Assembly: GCA_032718475.1 (NCBI GenBank) | Contig: JAUCBJ010001884.1 | Coordinates: forward strand, 1-64,000 | DNA: 64,000 nucleotides | Direction of reading: 5' to 3' | Source: Nemertoderma westbladi | Taxonomy: Eukaryota > Animalia > Xenacoelomorpha | Part shown: in pieces, positions 38,477-53,200 of the stretch | How the letters are laid out: each line of letters begins with the position of its first letter | Position numbering within the stretch: position 1 is the stretch's first letter | Notes under the pieces: model-generated | Seen by the model: only the letters and a program-made list of their open reading frames with translations | Told to the model about the DNA's origin: nothing | Databases searched by the model: none | Position numbers and translations under genes: made by a program

Positions 38477-39200
38477 GATTTTATTTGTACCGGTTAGGGT
38501 ATATATATGGTATATATATATATATATATATATACTAAGGTAAGTTTGACATTTCGACATTTTGACATTTCGACATTTTGATACTTTGACATTTTATTAC
38601 CCGTACTTGACATATATAATAAGACATTTTACGCGTTTTACGCGAGTTGACCGCCCCGATGTCGAGATACGAGTTCTACACCTTACAGGTAAGGATAGAA
38701 AGTCGGGTACAACTTTACAAAGGTAAGAATAATCGATAAGTGCGAGGGAAAGCCTCATCCAGTTTAAATCAGTAGTAGGATTGGCTCAACAAGAGCAACT
38801 CGACCAACTGATGGGTGAGTCTGTTTCCGACACGTTGTTACATCCCGAAGAACTATATCGCCTGGACGGAAGGTTAGAAACGCTCACCGATTTTCTTCAT
38901 AGATGTGGCGTACCAATCGAGGAACCGGATGTTGAACCGCAAGGGACGACGGAAGTTCTAGTTATGGAAGGCTTGCGAGCCTACCCTGTTCCACCACTGG
39001 ACCGATCATTCGTCAGCGTACGGAGCGATGCCGGCGACGTTAGTAGAATGACATCGGTGATAACTCGACAACAACAAGAGGTTGCACGCCAACAACAAGT
39101 CGCCGAGGAAGAAGCGCAACAACAGATGGCACAAGTTGCTATTGAGGGAGAGAAACAACGCCGAGAAGATGAGGCGAAAATCGCGAAACTTCAGGCCCAA
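38477..39200 (+). pseudogene. Diverged, internally deleted duplicate of the element's 5'UTR and gag N-terminus
   Basis: ORF 38781-39242 aligns with 39955-40380 (AQQEQ.DQL.GESVSD..RLETLT.FL.RCGVPI); the leader ttatttgtaccggttagggtatata occurs three times. Confidence 0.85.
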
Positions 39201-39424
39201 TCTTTGTTAGTTTTATTTGTACCGGTTAGGGTATATATATGATATATATATATATCAAGGTAAGTTTGATATTTCGACATTTTGACATTTCGACATTCTG
39301 ACTTTGTTGATTTATTTGTACCGGTTAGGGTATATATATACTATATATACCAGGGTAAGTTTGACACTTCAACATTCAGACACTTTGACATTTTATTACC
39401 CGTACTTGACGTATATAATAAGAC

Positions 39425-42400
39425 ATGAGTGACACACCCCATTCGACAAGATACCCACCTACCGACTATGACTCGTGCGACCCGGACAGATCGACAGTAG
39501 ACGAACCGAGAAGGAGAACCCGAGATTCCACCGATGTCACACCGCTTGCGTCGCCGGTACCCCGAACGGAAATACCGGAAGCCGCAATGCGTAGCGACGG
39601 CAGAATCGAAGATTTCCTTACCGTCCTGCAGACTAAATCGCGGGAACCGGACATGGTAAGTTCGACTGGAAGCCAGGAGAACGTTATTAGGAGTATAGGA
39701 GGACACATGGCCCAGATTACTCGGAACCTCAGAGAAGGTTTTCGCGTTTTACGCGAGTTAACCGCCCCGATGTCGAGATACGAGTTCTACACATTACAGG
39801 TAAGGATAGAAAGTAGGGTACATGCCTCCGTAGAAAAACTTAAAGGTTTAGACGAACTTGCAGAGTTGCGTGGCGATAACTTTACTCAGGTAAAGATAAT
39901 AGACAAGTTGGTAAGTGCGAGAGAAAGCCTTATCCAGTTTAAGTCGGTGATAAGATTGGCTCAACAGGAGCAGTTCGACCAACTTCTAGGTGAGTCAGTT
40001 TCGGACGCATTGTTACAACCCGAAGAGGAAGAAGAACTCTACTGCCTGGATGGGAGGTTGGAAACGCTCACCAATTTTCTTCGTAGATGCGGCGTACCGA
40101 TCGACGAACCGGAAGTCGAACCGCGAGGGACGACGGAAGTTCTTACTACGGAAGGCTCGTGAGCCTACCAAATTCCACCAATGGATAGATCGTTCGTTAG
40201 CATGCGGAGTGACATTGGCGATGTTAGTAGGACAGCGTCTGTAATTACTCGACAACAACAGGAGGTTGCACGCCGACAACAAGTCGCCGAGGAAGAAGCG
40301 CAACACCAGATGGCACAGATTGCTATTGAGGGAGAGAAACAACGTAGAGAAGATGAAACGAGAATTGCGCAACTCAAGGCACAAGCCGAAGTCGAAGCCT
40401 CAGAATTGAGAAGATTAGAGGAGGACTTAGCACGACAGAAAGAAGCATCTGACGCGCGTGCTCAGTTGGAGGCACGGCAAATAAAATCACGTTTAGCTAT
40501 ACAGGAAGCGGAGTTAGCGGCACAACAACAAGTAGCGGATCGACGCGAAAGGGAGATGCAACTACAGTTCGAACTGAATCGTAGATCGCGCGAGGCAGCG
40601 AACGCGCAAGCGGACCTTGAACTCGACGCGAGAGATAGATCTATAAGATCGCGAGCTGGACACGACTTGTCTGCCCTGGATCGCATGGAAGCTCGATATC
40701 GCGGAATTCAGAAGCGAATCGAGGAAGGAAGTGTGGGAGCGATAGATCGAGGAGAGGAGTTCGTCGAGGATTACTGTAGACGTTTTCCCCAAGTTATTCC
40801 TATGCTCAAACCCACGACTCCGATAAAACTGGTCTTTGTTACGAAACCTAAGGAAATAATATATGTGCTTTCGACGCAAGGCAACAGGTTTGTTGTGACG
40901 GAAATACCGCAACCTAGGGCGACTTCATCGCCAATTTTAGCAGGTAACATAACTAGTCCACCTACAGTAAGTCATAGTCTACTTGTAGGAAGAGAGGAAC
41001 CTGCGTTTATGACCATTAAACAGGTGAGTAAACCATTACAAGTTAAACCTGTGACGTGCTGTGCGAACCCAGTTATTTATAGATCGACTACGAAACCCGA
41101 CTATTTTACTCAACCCTTGACACAATGTTCGACGCAACCTACGACTTCATGGAAGGCTTGCGAGCCTATCGAACTACGGAGGAGGATGGATATGGGTAGT
41201 ACCCACGGGATCGAACAACGTATAAAGAGACCTATGACTTCGTGGAAGGCTTGCGAGCCTACCGAACAACGGAGAGCCGTAGATCCCAGACCACAACGGA
41301 CGAGACCAAGAATAATACGCCGGACGCGAAACCGCCAGCCACCTTATCCGGACGACAACGACTCATCTAGTGACTCGGAGTCGACGGAACGGGAAATATT
41401 CCGTACTGGAGCGGCGGATGATTACAAACGAGAGGAACGATCGACGAACACCTATATCGATAATCCTCCACGAGAAACACCCCAACAGAAACCCACGTTG
41501 AAACCAGCGGAAACGATCAGCGCCAAACAGTTCACCGAGATGACAGACCGAATAGCTCAACTCGAAGAACGACTCGAAGCGCAACCGTCGGATCGATCAC
41601 GAACCAGCGTGGAGTTGGAACAACCTAGACAACATCGACCACCAAGGAGAGAACAGGAGACTAGACAGACTCCGACCCATCGAGAAGAAGATCCCGTTAA
41701 TAATTCCTACCGACGAACAACGCGCGGAAGGGAGCGACTGGACGACGCCGCCGAACAGGGACGCGGACAGTTGGATTTGGTTAGCGAGATTGCGAAATTC
41801 GCGGCTAGACACGGATTACCGGCACAGCAACCGCCGAAGTTCTCTGGCAACGCGAAACACTGGCGCACACTGGTAGACTATGTAGAGTCCCAGATCGCTA
41901 AGTGTGCTTTCACCTCGACGGAGAAGTTTAATTACTTGCTCTTAGTCCTGTCTGGTGAGCTGAAACGATTAGCGGAAACCTTTATTGGTGTTCCCGATGC
42001 CTTTGAGTTGGCGTACGACCGTTTATATTCGATTTACGGAGGTAACGTCGCCATGGCTAAATCCATTATCGAAGACCTCTGTAGAGGAGGCAGCATTTCG
42101 AAACCGATCGACCTTCTACGACTCGCGGACGAAATCAAAAACGCTATAGGGACTTTACGGTCCATTGGACAACTCGAATACGCTAACGCACCGACGGTTC
42201 TCATCAGGATAATCGGTCGACTTCATCATCGACTCCGACGAGAATGGCGACGCATCGAGTACCAGCGTGAAGAGGCCGGCGGGCTTTTAAAACTCACCGA
42301 CATCTACCAACTGATTTCACGGGAGGCTGTGATCGAGACTCGATCGAACTATACCGATCACCATATCGCGGCGGAAGGGATAGCTATTTCTGCGCCGAAT

Positions 42401-45400
42401 CGGACCAAACCATCTCCGACGAACGCGAAAGCCATTACCTACGCCACCCCTACTGAGACTTCTAAAGTTCTGACGCCTATCGGCACCACGCAGCCACGAC
42501 AACAGTTGCCAGCGGACTTTGTGGGATGCTCATACTGCGAGCGGAATGGCAGAAACCATAGCGGACATAAACTTTGTGGATGTCGTGCTTTTAAGGAGTT
42601 AGGGATTGAAGAAAGAAGACTCCAGATTCGATCATTAGATTCCTGCTGGAGATGTATGAAGCCAGGATACGTCCGGAAGGATTGCCCGAGCGACACATGT
42701 CCTCAGTGTGGACGTAACCATGACGCGTTGCTCCACACAACCAGTCATACTCCAACCAAACGCTTTCGACGAGAGCATCCAGATAAAGCGGCTAGATGCG
42801 ACGCGCTTTATAAGGAGCGTGCGCCGCGCGAGATCCGTACCTTTTGTGCAGATTGTATGGATCAGTCAGGATCATCGGACGAGGAGGAAGACGACACTTT
42901 CTACGTGCATGCAGGTGAGGAACAGCCATCGATAACGCTCCTCACACAGAACCAATTGAAAGGGTTTAGCGTGATTCCTATAAAGATTACCGGAACCCGA
43001 GGGAGCAAGCATATATACGCTATCTTAGACTCTGCGTCATCGCATAGTTATGTCGACGAACAAGTAGCCGACGTGGTTACGGACATGAGTCAAGGTAAGA
43101 CTGCTCAGTATACTGTAAGCAGCATGCATGGTAAGAGAGCGATCCCTGTGACGAGAGTAAAACTAACCTTAGACACTCTTCTTTCCAAAGCGGAACACAG
43201 CAAGGAGGAGCGCTCATTACTTCCGGTAAGAAATTTGACCTTTGCAGCTACGAAGGACTTTGGTAACTTGCTCGGCCCTGTGCCAGAGCAATCACCGGAA
43301 GATCGTAAGTATTTCCGACACCTTGGAATACCGGAATGTCCTGTTAATTATCGTTCCATTGCGATGTTAATTGGGACAGACCAGTTTAACTTACATCAGG
43401 TATGGGAGACACGCCCATCTGTTATTACAGCGGGCAACCCCTACGCATGTAGAACTCCCATAGGTTGGTATACTAGAGCACCAATACGTTCACTAGAGGT
43501 AAGTGACCAGGAGGACGACGTTTTGAGTACGTGTAGTTTATTGACTAACACGATAGATAATTCTCCTTCACACTCCTGTGGTCCAATTGTACGGACGGCA
43601 CTACGACAGACTTGCGTCGCTAACGCAGACGCCACCGATACTGACGTAACTGATCTGGACACGACCACACGGACCTCTGACTTACAACTACTTGCAGCAA
43701 ACCAGGTTGTATTGTCTACTGAAGACCAAAGGGTTGTTGCCGTGGATGACTCGATGAACGAGGATTTTGGAAGGCTTGCGAGCCTACCGAAAAATCCGAA
43801 GGTCATTGACCCCACCCACCAAGCTTCGACACCGGTCGTTGATCTTGGAAGGCTTGCGAGCCTACCGACAGATCAAGAGGTTGTCAAACTGCCACAAGAC
43901 GATTCGACGCCGACTAGTGACGCCGGAAGGCTTGTGAGCCTACCAGACACATTGACACTAGCCACCACAGCGGACGAAGACGTGGACGAGGACCATGGCG
44001 CAGTGCAAGCAGCGCTTGACCGACTGCTGACTGAACGGACCATTCAATGGTTGGAACAGGATTCAGCAGAACCCGGTAGTTACGAGACCGCTATGTCAGA
44101 ACAGGAAAAACGGTCATTAAATATTATGAGAGATACCATTCGCCAGACCGCGAATGGCCACTATGAGGTTGGTATGTTGTGGCGCAATGGACAACCTAAA
44201 CTCGTTAACAATTACCCGCTTGCTTTGAGGCGACTCAAATCAATAAGGCAGCGATTGTTGCGAGACGAGACGGCCCATATGCAATACAATGCACAACTTC
44301 AGACGTATCTCCAAAAGGGATACACCATTAGGATGTTAAATCCCGAGGTAACCTTAGACCAGACATATTACCTGCCACATCATTTTGTTCGACACCCGGA
44401 CAAACCTGGCAAGGTGCGTGTAGTCAACGACTGTGCCGCGCTTTACCAAGGGATATCTATGAACAGGGAATTGATGGACGGGCCGAATATGAACAATTAC
44501 CTCATGGGAGTCCTAATGCGTTTTAGACAACGCAAAGTGGCTTTCACCTGTGACGTAGAGGCCATGTTTCACCAGGTTAAGGCTTTGGAGCGGGACAGGG
44601 ACAGCTTGAGGTTTCTTTGGTATCTGGACGGAAACTTACAACTTCCGCCAGAAACTTACCAAATGCAGGTAAGAGTATTCGGAGCCAGGGACAGCCCCAA
44701 CTGCACCATGTATGCATTAAAGCAGATCGCATTGGACAGACGAGACCAATTTGATCCAGAAGTAGTTCGGACCGTGGAACGAGATTTCTACGTGGATGAC
44801 GGCCTCAAGAGTTCTGACACCTTGGAGCGCGCTACAACCGTAGCACACCAACTCCAAGATTGTCTCGCTGAGGGCGGATTTCACCTGACGAAGTTCGCTT
44901 CCAACGAACCCGAACTGGTGAACTCATTTGACCCGATGGATCGCAGTGGAGGTGATTTAGACTTAGACCTAGAACCTCTGCCGACGACCAAAGTATTAGG
45001 ACTTAGTTGGGACCCTAACACCGACAATTTTAGGGTACGTGTAAGGTCCAACGACCAGACTAGACCTCTCACTAAGAGGACTTGCTTATCGACCATGAGT
45101 CGATTGTATGACCCATTGTGTTTCATTAGTCCAGTGATCCTACATGCTAGGATCATACTCCGCAGCATTTGGCAAGCCGGACTGGAATGGGACGATCCCA
45201 TCCCAGAAAAGTTAGCTGAGCGATGGAGGGACTGGGAAGCCCAACTGACGTTCCTACAAGACTATACCATACCGAGGGTATACTTTCCTTTGCAAACCAC
45301 CTTTCCTGCTGATTTAGAGCTTCACAGCTTTAGTGACGCTAGCAAGGATGGATTGGGGGTTACTTTATACCTTAGACGACAAGTGACATCGGACAGCTAC

Positions 45401-48211
45401 GATGTGTCTCTCGTTACTTCAAAGGCTAGAACAATGCCATTGAAGTATATGACTGTACCTCGTGGAGAGCTGCAAGCCGGGACGATATCCACCGATATTG
45501 TCAGTCTAGTTCAACGCGAGCTGGAGGCTAACTTGAAGGTCACATATTGGACGGATGCGACGTTGGTACTTTGGTACATAAACAATGAAGCGTTTGAATT
45601 CAAGACTTTTGTAGCCAACAGACGGGCTGAAATACTAGACCGGTCGCTCAAACAAGATTGGCGTCACTGTCCAGGGAAGCTGAACCCAGCTGACATCGTG
45701 TCGCGGGGGATGCAACCGCTTGACTTTTGTAAACCGGACAATAAATCCTTTTGGTTTAGAGGACCCGATTTCCTACAGCGACCATCAGACGAATGGCCAC
45801 CGTTATTCGACTAGACAACCAACACCATACCAGAGGGTGCCGAGATAAAAATCGACAAGGTTGTCAAGTCCAAAGCGAAAGCCAACGCCAAGGTCAAGAG
45901 GAAACAAGGACGGACGAAATCTGATGACCTGGACGCCAGACCTGACATTACGCCAGACGTCTCACCAGACATTCGACCAGACGCTTGTACGAATCCTTCG
46001 CCGGATGTTCCGCGGGAGATTTCACCAGACGTTTCGCCGGATTGTTCACCAGATTACTCGCCAGACTATTCACCAGAAGTGACACCAGATTGTTCTCCGG
46101 ATTATTCGCCAGATTGTTTTATGGAACTCTCGACAGAATGTCTACCGGACGTCTCACCAGACTTTCCACCAGACATCTCGACAGACTGTCCACCAGACTT
46201 TGGACCAGACTTTCTGACAGAAGTTACGCCAGACAGACTTTGGGACCGACGACAGGACATTTCGCCAGACGTTCCGCGCTATGTCTCACCAGACGCCTCA
46301 CCAGACTGTTCACCGGACGCTTCACCAGACTGTCTACTAGACACTCCACTAAAAGACCCATTGGAGCGGACTTTTAGAGACTTACCGAATTTGACTTCTT
46401 TGGACGACAAAGGTGTGGCCACAGCGATCACACTCCGCTCAAAGAAAGTACTTGACTTACCACCTACAGGTAAACGTGTGACTAAGGTTAGGAAGCTTAC
46501 AGGCTCACAGGAACACACTGATACTGTAGAGTTGAAACCGTTACTGTCAGTCGACACATTAGGTGCGGACGGTAAAGGTAAGACCGTAAAGGTTGACGTA
46601 CTTGGGGACTCAGACAAACCTACCGGAAGGCCCGTGGGCCTACCAAGTCCAGACAAGTATCCACACTACGACTACACCTTACCTGATGACATCACTAACA
46701 CTTACATTGACCGGATAGTGAACCTAACTAGATCATGGACTGACGCATGCCGCAAGTTAGCATGGCTCAAACGTTTGAGACAATATGCCAGAGGCGAACG
46801 CGACTTTCCTAGAAGACTTACCTTAAAGGAAGTTGGCCACTGTGAAGTTGATATCATTCGACATTATCAATTGCGATATTTCGCACGAGAGTTCACAGCG
46901 ATCAACCAAGGTAAACAGATTAAGTCTTCACCGATTTTGAGTTGGAGTCCGATTATTTACCAGGGCTTACTTTGTCACAAGTCCAGACTCCAAAACATCG
47001 ACTTTGCACTTGACTTCAGGTATCCTATCATCATACCGCAACACCATGAATTACAGCGCGCTATGATACTGGACGCACATGTACAACTCAAACACGTGGG
47101 TAGACACCACTGTCTATCACACTTACGCTCGAGGTTTGTACTGATTAGACCTAGTAAGGCACTGAGTTCGGTAACACGGAACTGTATGATTTGTAAGAAG
47201 GTGCACGCGAGGATAGGACACCAGGAAATGAGTGAACTAGCATTAGCTAGACTACAGGCGTTTAGACCCCCTTTCACTGAGACAGGGATAGACTGTTTTG
47301 GACCCATAATCGTGAAACGCGGAAGGGTACAGGTAAAACGTTGGGGATTGATCTTCACTTGCATGGCCAGCAGAGCTGTCCATATTGAGCGTGTGACAGA
47401 TTTAACCACCAATGCCTTTATCCTAGCCTTACGGCGATTTATCGCTAGACGTGGATTGGTCAAATCCATTTACTGCGACCAAGGGACAAACTTTGTGGGT
47501 GCACGGAACGAGATAACCAGAGCTTTGAGAAAGTTGGACCAAAACCAGATTTCCGAGGAACTACATCCTCACCGTATTGTTTGGAATTTCAACACTCCAG
47601 ACAGTCCGTGGAGAGGCGGCGTTTGGGAAAGGCTGATTGGCTCAATAAAGACAGCTATGGCTAAAGTGATACCGACGCAACACATAATGACAGACGACCA
47701 ACTGACAACGTTACTAATAGAAATCGAAGCGATCTTAAACACTAGACCGATCGCTTTGATCCCAGACAATAACGACGCACAGTTTGCCTTGACACCAGCG
47801 CACCTGCTTATGCAGGCGCCGACGACATTGTTGCCCATTTCGGTACCCGTTGATAGTGACAGATACGGCAACAAGGCTTGGAAAATCACTCAACTACTTG
47901 CAAATAAATTCTGGGAAATATGGCAGAAATATTATTTGCCCTCTATTTCGACCAGAACCTCTTGGTATCTAAATACCCGATGTTTGAGACGTGGTGACCA
48001 TGTTTTATTGGCTGAAGCTAATCTGAAAAGACGGTTTTGGCTGACTGGAGTCATTTTGACCACACACCCTACATCTGGTGTAGTGAGGACAGTTACTGTA
48101 AGGACCATCGACGGGCGTACCGTAGATAGGCCTGTACAACGTCTCGTACTCCTTGAGGAAACTAGAAACGAGACAGGAGACTACAAATCTCCACCCAATA
48201 TTAGTAAATAG
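39425..48211 (+). pseudogene. BEL/Pao gag-pol polyprotein (2929 codons) with two premature stops (TGA 40160-40162, TAG 45812-45814) and no frameshift
   Basis: ORFs 39425, 40181 and 46079 share one frame. Gag PKFSGNAKHW; knuckles CSYC..H.LCGC, CWRC and CPQCGRNHDALLH; protease AILDSAS; RT YYLPHH, KVRVVNDC, DVEAMFHQV, FYVDD; RNaseH FSDAS..PRGEL..YWTD..NPAD; integrase GIDCFGP, CDQGTNFVG, GGVWERLI. Confidence 0.95.
45940..46350 (+). repeat. Degenerate 12-bp coding repeat (..CCAGAC..) encoding (S/T/P)PD(x) tetrapeptides between RNase H and integrase
   Basis: TPDCSPDYSPDC..SPDASPDCSPDASPD in frame with pol. Confidence 0.85.
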
Positions 48212-50202
48212 ATGTGGGACCTTTGATGGCCGCCACATAGCTTTACCGTATTTTAGCAATTTAGTATTTTGTATTACTGTATGTGCATTTGTAATCCTCT
48301 TCACTGTAGATAGAGACAGCGGTGGAATTCCATTGTCTTTATATGTGAACATGGAGGGTAGTACCCTTATGTATCACATAGGAGCGGGATTGTGTGTACA
48401 GTAGGAATGGAATTCCACTTGGAACCCACAAGTGAGACAATTTTTCAAAAATTATTAGACAAATCCATTTATTTGGATTTAAATTTAAGAAAAACGATTC
48501 TCCAGTGAATGCAAATTCTAGAATACAGCTAGATAAAAATTAAAATTGGGGAGGACAAGAGCGGATGGAAGGCTTGCGAGCCTACCGATAAATTTTTTTG
48601 GAAAAAGAAAACTGGCCTTGTTCTACGTAGTCGTGTCTACTATTATTTAGACCAATTAATTCTCGACTGCACTATTTTCTTTTGGGAACGTAGTGGGGAA
48701 ATTAAAAGGTGAGTATTTTAGACTCGCGGCTAGTTTACCCGGAATTCGTTTTTTATCGGCACAATATTTTTGGATTAGGAGCCAGTGCGAAATCACACGA
48801 ACCCGAAGTCATTAGGCAAATGGGTTGGGGTTTAGAGCAGAGTTGAGCCAAAAGCCGACAAACTCTAAGTCACCTCACATCTAACCTCTATTTTGTGCTT
48901 CATCTAGTAGAATCGTAACGATATGTAACCATATATATTCGTATACGATGGCGGAGAAGATGTATAAGGAGTTACGTCAAGGGTTTACGCAAGAACAAGA
49001 GCACCAGGCGCCATTTAATCGTTATGGAGCTAAAAACTTTAGTGTGTTTGGAGTGGAGAGTATGGCTAGGAGTACAGCCAAGCTCGCTAAATCCAAGGCG
49101 GACCCGAATGTTACGCGACAGCGGTTGGACGCATATAACAAAAGAATGGAGGAATTACACGCGGAGTTCAATGCGTTATATTCCTACGATGCGTTATGCG
49201 ACGCTAGCGACATTTGCGAGGATCCAGACACTAAGATACGCCGATTGTATCATACGCTGCAATACTTGACGGTAAATGAACCCTTACCTGCAGCTAGAGA
49301 CGAATTCGAAGGAATGCATCTTTATAGACGCGCTCGAGGAGCGGATCCAGAGACCAAGGACGCGTTCTCCATATACAAACTGTTTTATAAATGTGGAGCG
49401 TGTATGCGTGAGCAAGACAACGCGATTCCTATGCGGTTGAACTCGGAGAACCCCGAGCCGATATTAGCGCGATGTTCACACCACCAAAGTCTATGTTACT
49501 AAGAAGGCGGATACCCTTTGACAAATCCGTATCATTCGTTTAAAATGAGTGGACCGAACGCGGGTGAAATTGTTATTTACGAACCCAAATTAGTCGAACC
49601 AGACGTCTACAGAATGGTAGTGGACGAGTCTAATAAGTCGACACAAGAGAAACGGGAAGCTTTGAGCCTCTACAGGGCGTACAAGGCGTACGAGAAAGGC
49701 GAGATCGAGGAGTTCGGTGGAAGGCTCGCGAGCCTACCATTCTATTGGATATCCCACGATCAAACCGAACCCAAGGAGATGACACCCGAGCTCTTCGATA
49801 GTATCACCTTTGCTCAGCGTTTGTCGCAGAGACTACAGATACCTCATGTCGAGATGACGCGAGAACCTCAGCCCCATTCTACTGGAGCGATAGTACCGGT
49901 TGCGAGACCTGGTATGTCAGGCTGTCCGGTACATAGCCAGACATCTGTAGCCTGTAGGCTGAGGTAAAAGTGGATGCTGGAGCGACACAACCGGTCAGTA
50001 TAATATAATATAAGCAGAATGCAAGCAAGATATGTAGGCCCGTGCCATAGACAGTAAGGGGGAATAATGAAATAGGCCTATACTGTATATATCCATACCA
50101 ACTCCCCCTTTAGGCGATTTTGTCAGATCAAAATTGTTTACAGTGAACCCCATACACCATATTATAGTTTAAAAATAATAAATGACTATTCTAGTGTAAT
50201 AA

Positions 50203-53200
50203 TTAATTTTTATAGTCTCCAAATCGAACGGTAGGTTTTGTTACACGAGTGCTGCGGCGTATTACGCTCTTACTTTCAGTTTCCAACTCCGGTGTTGGAA
50301 CTGTTTTCTGTTGGGTTGGGTTCGGTGGTGTTTCGAGTTCAATGACCTCGTGGTAGCGACGGAGAAAACGTCTGTTTCGCCACCATGTACGACCTGAAGG
50401 TAGTTTAACGTGGTAGTCTCGTCGTTTTCCGGCCCCAACTATAATACCGACACGATCCCAACGTTTAGATCTGGAGTCTTGGAGGCGAACTTTTGTGCCT
50501 ATTAGGAATGGTTTGAGGTTCCGCGCCGTTGAATTGTAGTGTTTGACGGCTTTCTCGCGAATAAATTCGTGTCGTGCGTCAGCTGTCTCGGCTGACTGCT
50601 GCCACTTCGGGTCAAATGAAGTGTGATGGGCTGGTACACGCGATCGCAGGTTGCGCCCAAAAACGATCTGGCTTGGTGAGCGACCATCCGCGTGTGGTGT
50701 GTTCCGTACCTCGAGTAAACCTTCGAGGAATTCCTCAGAATTTATGTCTGAGGTTGTCGTTTTTGCCAATAGACCTTTAATGAGTTTTACGTGGCATTCC
50801 GCATGCCCGTTACTGGACGGAAAATGCGGCGTACTAGGCGCCCATTCGACCCCCCAACGTTGCAGGAATTTCCTAAAGTTGGATGCGGCGAATTGAGGTC
50901 CTCCATCGCTTCGAAGTTTGGTTGGAACGCCTAAGTCGACGAAACATTTCCGTAACACGCTGACGATTTGTTGTGATGTTGTTTATTCCCGGCCAGTAGA
51001 CTGCGGACCGCGCTCTTTGTTTCGTCCGCGTCATACCCTGGTGGGCAGCGTGTAGGCGTTCTAGAATTTCGGCTCGTTTCGCACTAGGTATAACCAGGCG
51101 TGGACCATATAATACCAGGCCGTTATCTACGGAGAGTTCGTTATGTATGGATTTAAATTGCTGGACGAATCCGGAGGTGTGGTTTTCAGTTGTGAATCCG
51201 CTTAGGATTTCAGTAACTAATTGCTGATAGGCCTTATCGTTTAAGGCTACCTTCCGGATTTCCTCGATAACGGGGTCTGTTGTAGGTGGTTCTAGAACGT
51301 TTTTAGGATCTAAGTCCCGAGTATTAGTTAATGCTATCCGTATAGCTGCTATGGTTCTTGTGACATCGTCATCTTCCTTTAATAATTCATCAGTGGTATC
51401 GGGGTCATCCACTGGAGCTCGGCTGAGACAGTCTGCAATTTTATTGTCTTTACCTTTTTGCCACACTAATTCAAATTGATATTTCGATTGCAGCTGAGCT
51501 TTAATTCGCTGGAGTTTTGTATTATCGACTTGATCCAGGGTTTGTTTATTGAAGATTGAAAGTAAAGGCCGATGGTCAGTCATAACTTTAAAACTTTCTA
51601 ATCCAGCTAAATATAGGTGGCATTTACTCATTGCATATTTTATAGCAATGGCTTCCAATTCTATTGTGGCATACCGGGTTTCGGCGTCCGATATAAATCG
51701 GCTTCCACAGGCAATGAGCTTCCATTTATTATTATTATTTTGCAGTAAATCGAAGCCAAATCCGTGCAATCGACTGGCGTCTACTTCTAACCGTGTTTCA
51801 GCGTGCGGATCGAAGGGTACCAGGATTGGAGGTTTTAGAAGTGCGTATTTAACAGCCTCGAATGCATTATCATGCATTATTTCCCATGTAAAATGGTTGC
51901 GAGTTCGTAGTAACTCGCGCAACGGAGTCGCTGCAGCGCTGACTTCCGAGGAAAAGCAACCGAGTTGGTTAACGAGTCCCATAAAACTTCTGAGTTCACT
52001 TATGTTAGTTGGTTTGGGAAACTCGGAGATTGCCTTTACTTTGTTGGGGTCTGCCTCGATGCCGTTGTGTGAAACGATATATCCTGCGAACTTTACTCGT
52101 TCTTGAGCGAAGTTGAACTTTTCAGGATGGAGGGTGATGCCAAAATCCCGACAGCGTTGTAGAACCGAACGAACGCGTTCAACGTGAGTGTCAAACTCGA
52201 CATCCTCGATGAGTAGGTCGTCTACGATTTTATTTATGTTGGCCATACCCTCAAAAGCCATGTCTCCCCTATAATTATATGAGTCCCCGGTGGATATGAA
52301 GCCCATCGGGGCCCGGCAGTACCGGAACCGGCCCCACGGCGTTAAGAAGGTAGTGAGGTCTCGCGATTCTTCCGCCAACTCGACTTGCCAATAACCAGAC
52401 TTAGCGTCAATTTTTGTGAAATAACGCGCGTCTGGTGTGCGGTCTGAGACAACGTCGAAAGGAGTTTTGGCATTGTGTATAGTTCGTTTCACCTGATTAT
52501 TTAATTTGGTAAGGTCAACCGTGATACGAATTTCATCCGGTCGACCGGGTTTGGGGCAAACAACCATGGGATGACACCAATCTGTGGCCCGGTCACCCAC
52601 CCGTTCAATGATGCCTTTGTCCAACATGTCGTTGAGTTCGGCGTGGGCTTTATCTCTGTAGGCGTAGGGTATAGAGCGGGTGGCGTAGATGCACAAAGGT
52701 TTTGCACCTTCCTTGACTTCTATAGTCATAGGGGGACCCAGCATCGGTTTAAGTTGGCCTTTGATGGCAAAGACGTCACTAAACTCTTCCAGAAGTTTTT
52801 GTTTTATTTTGTCTACGAGTTCAGCATCTATGTTAATAGGTGCAACCACTTTATTTTCCTTCACTAAATGGAGTGGTGTGGGGAATTCGTCGTGGACGAT
52901 GTTGAAGGCTTTACAAGCTGTAAAGGAAAGATAAATATCTTTAATTCCGTCACAAATATAAACCCATTCGTTGTAACGCATGTTTTCAATCTGTAGAGTT
53001 AGTTTTAAACGTCCTATACATTTTATTGGATTGCTGTTTATTGCTTCCAGTGGCTCGTCTAATTCTCTAAGTTTATTTATAGATATACCGAGGCGATTTA
53101 GAATACCGATTCCGCCAGCGGTGACGTCTGCGCCGGTGTCTGCAATGCAAGCGCTTGTTGTTAGCAGTTTCCCCGTACCGGTATGCACGAATTGTACGGA

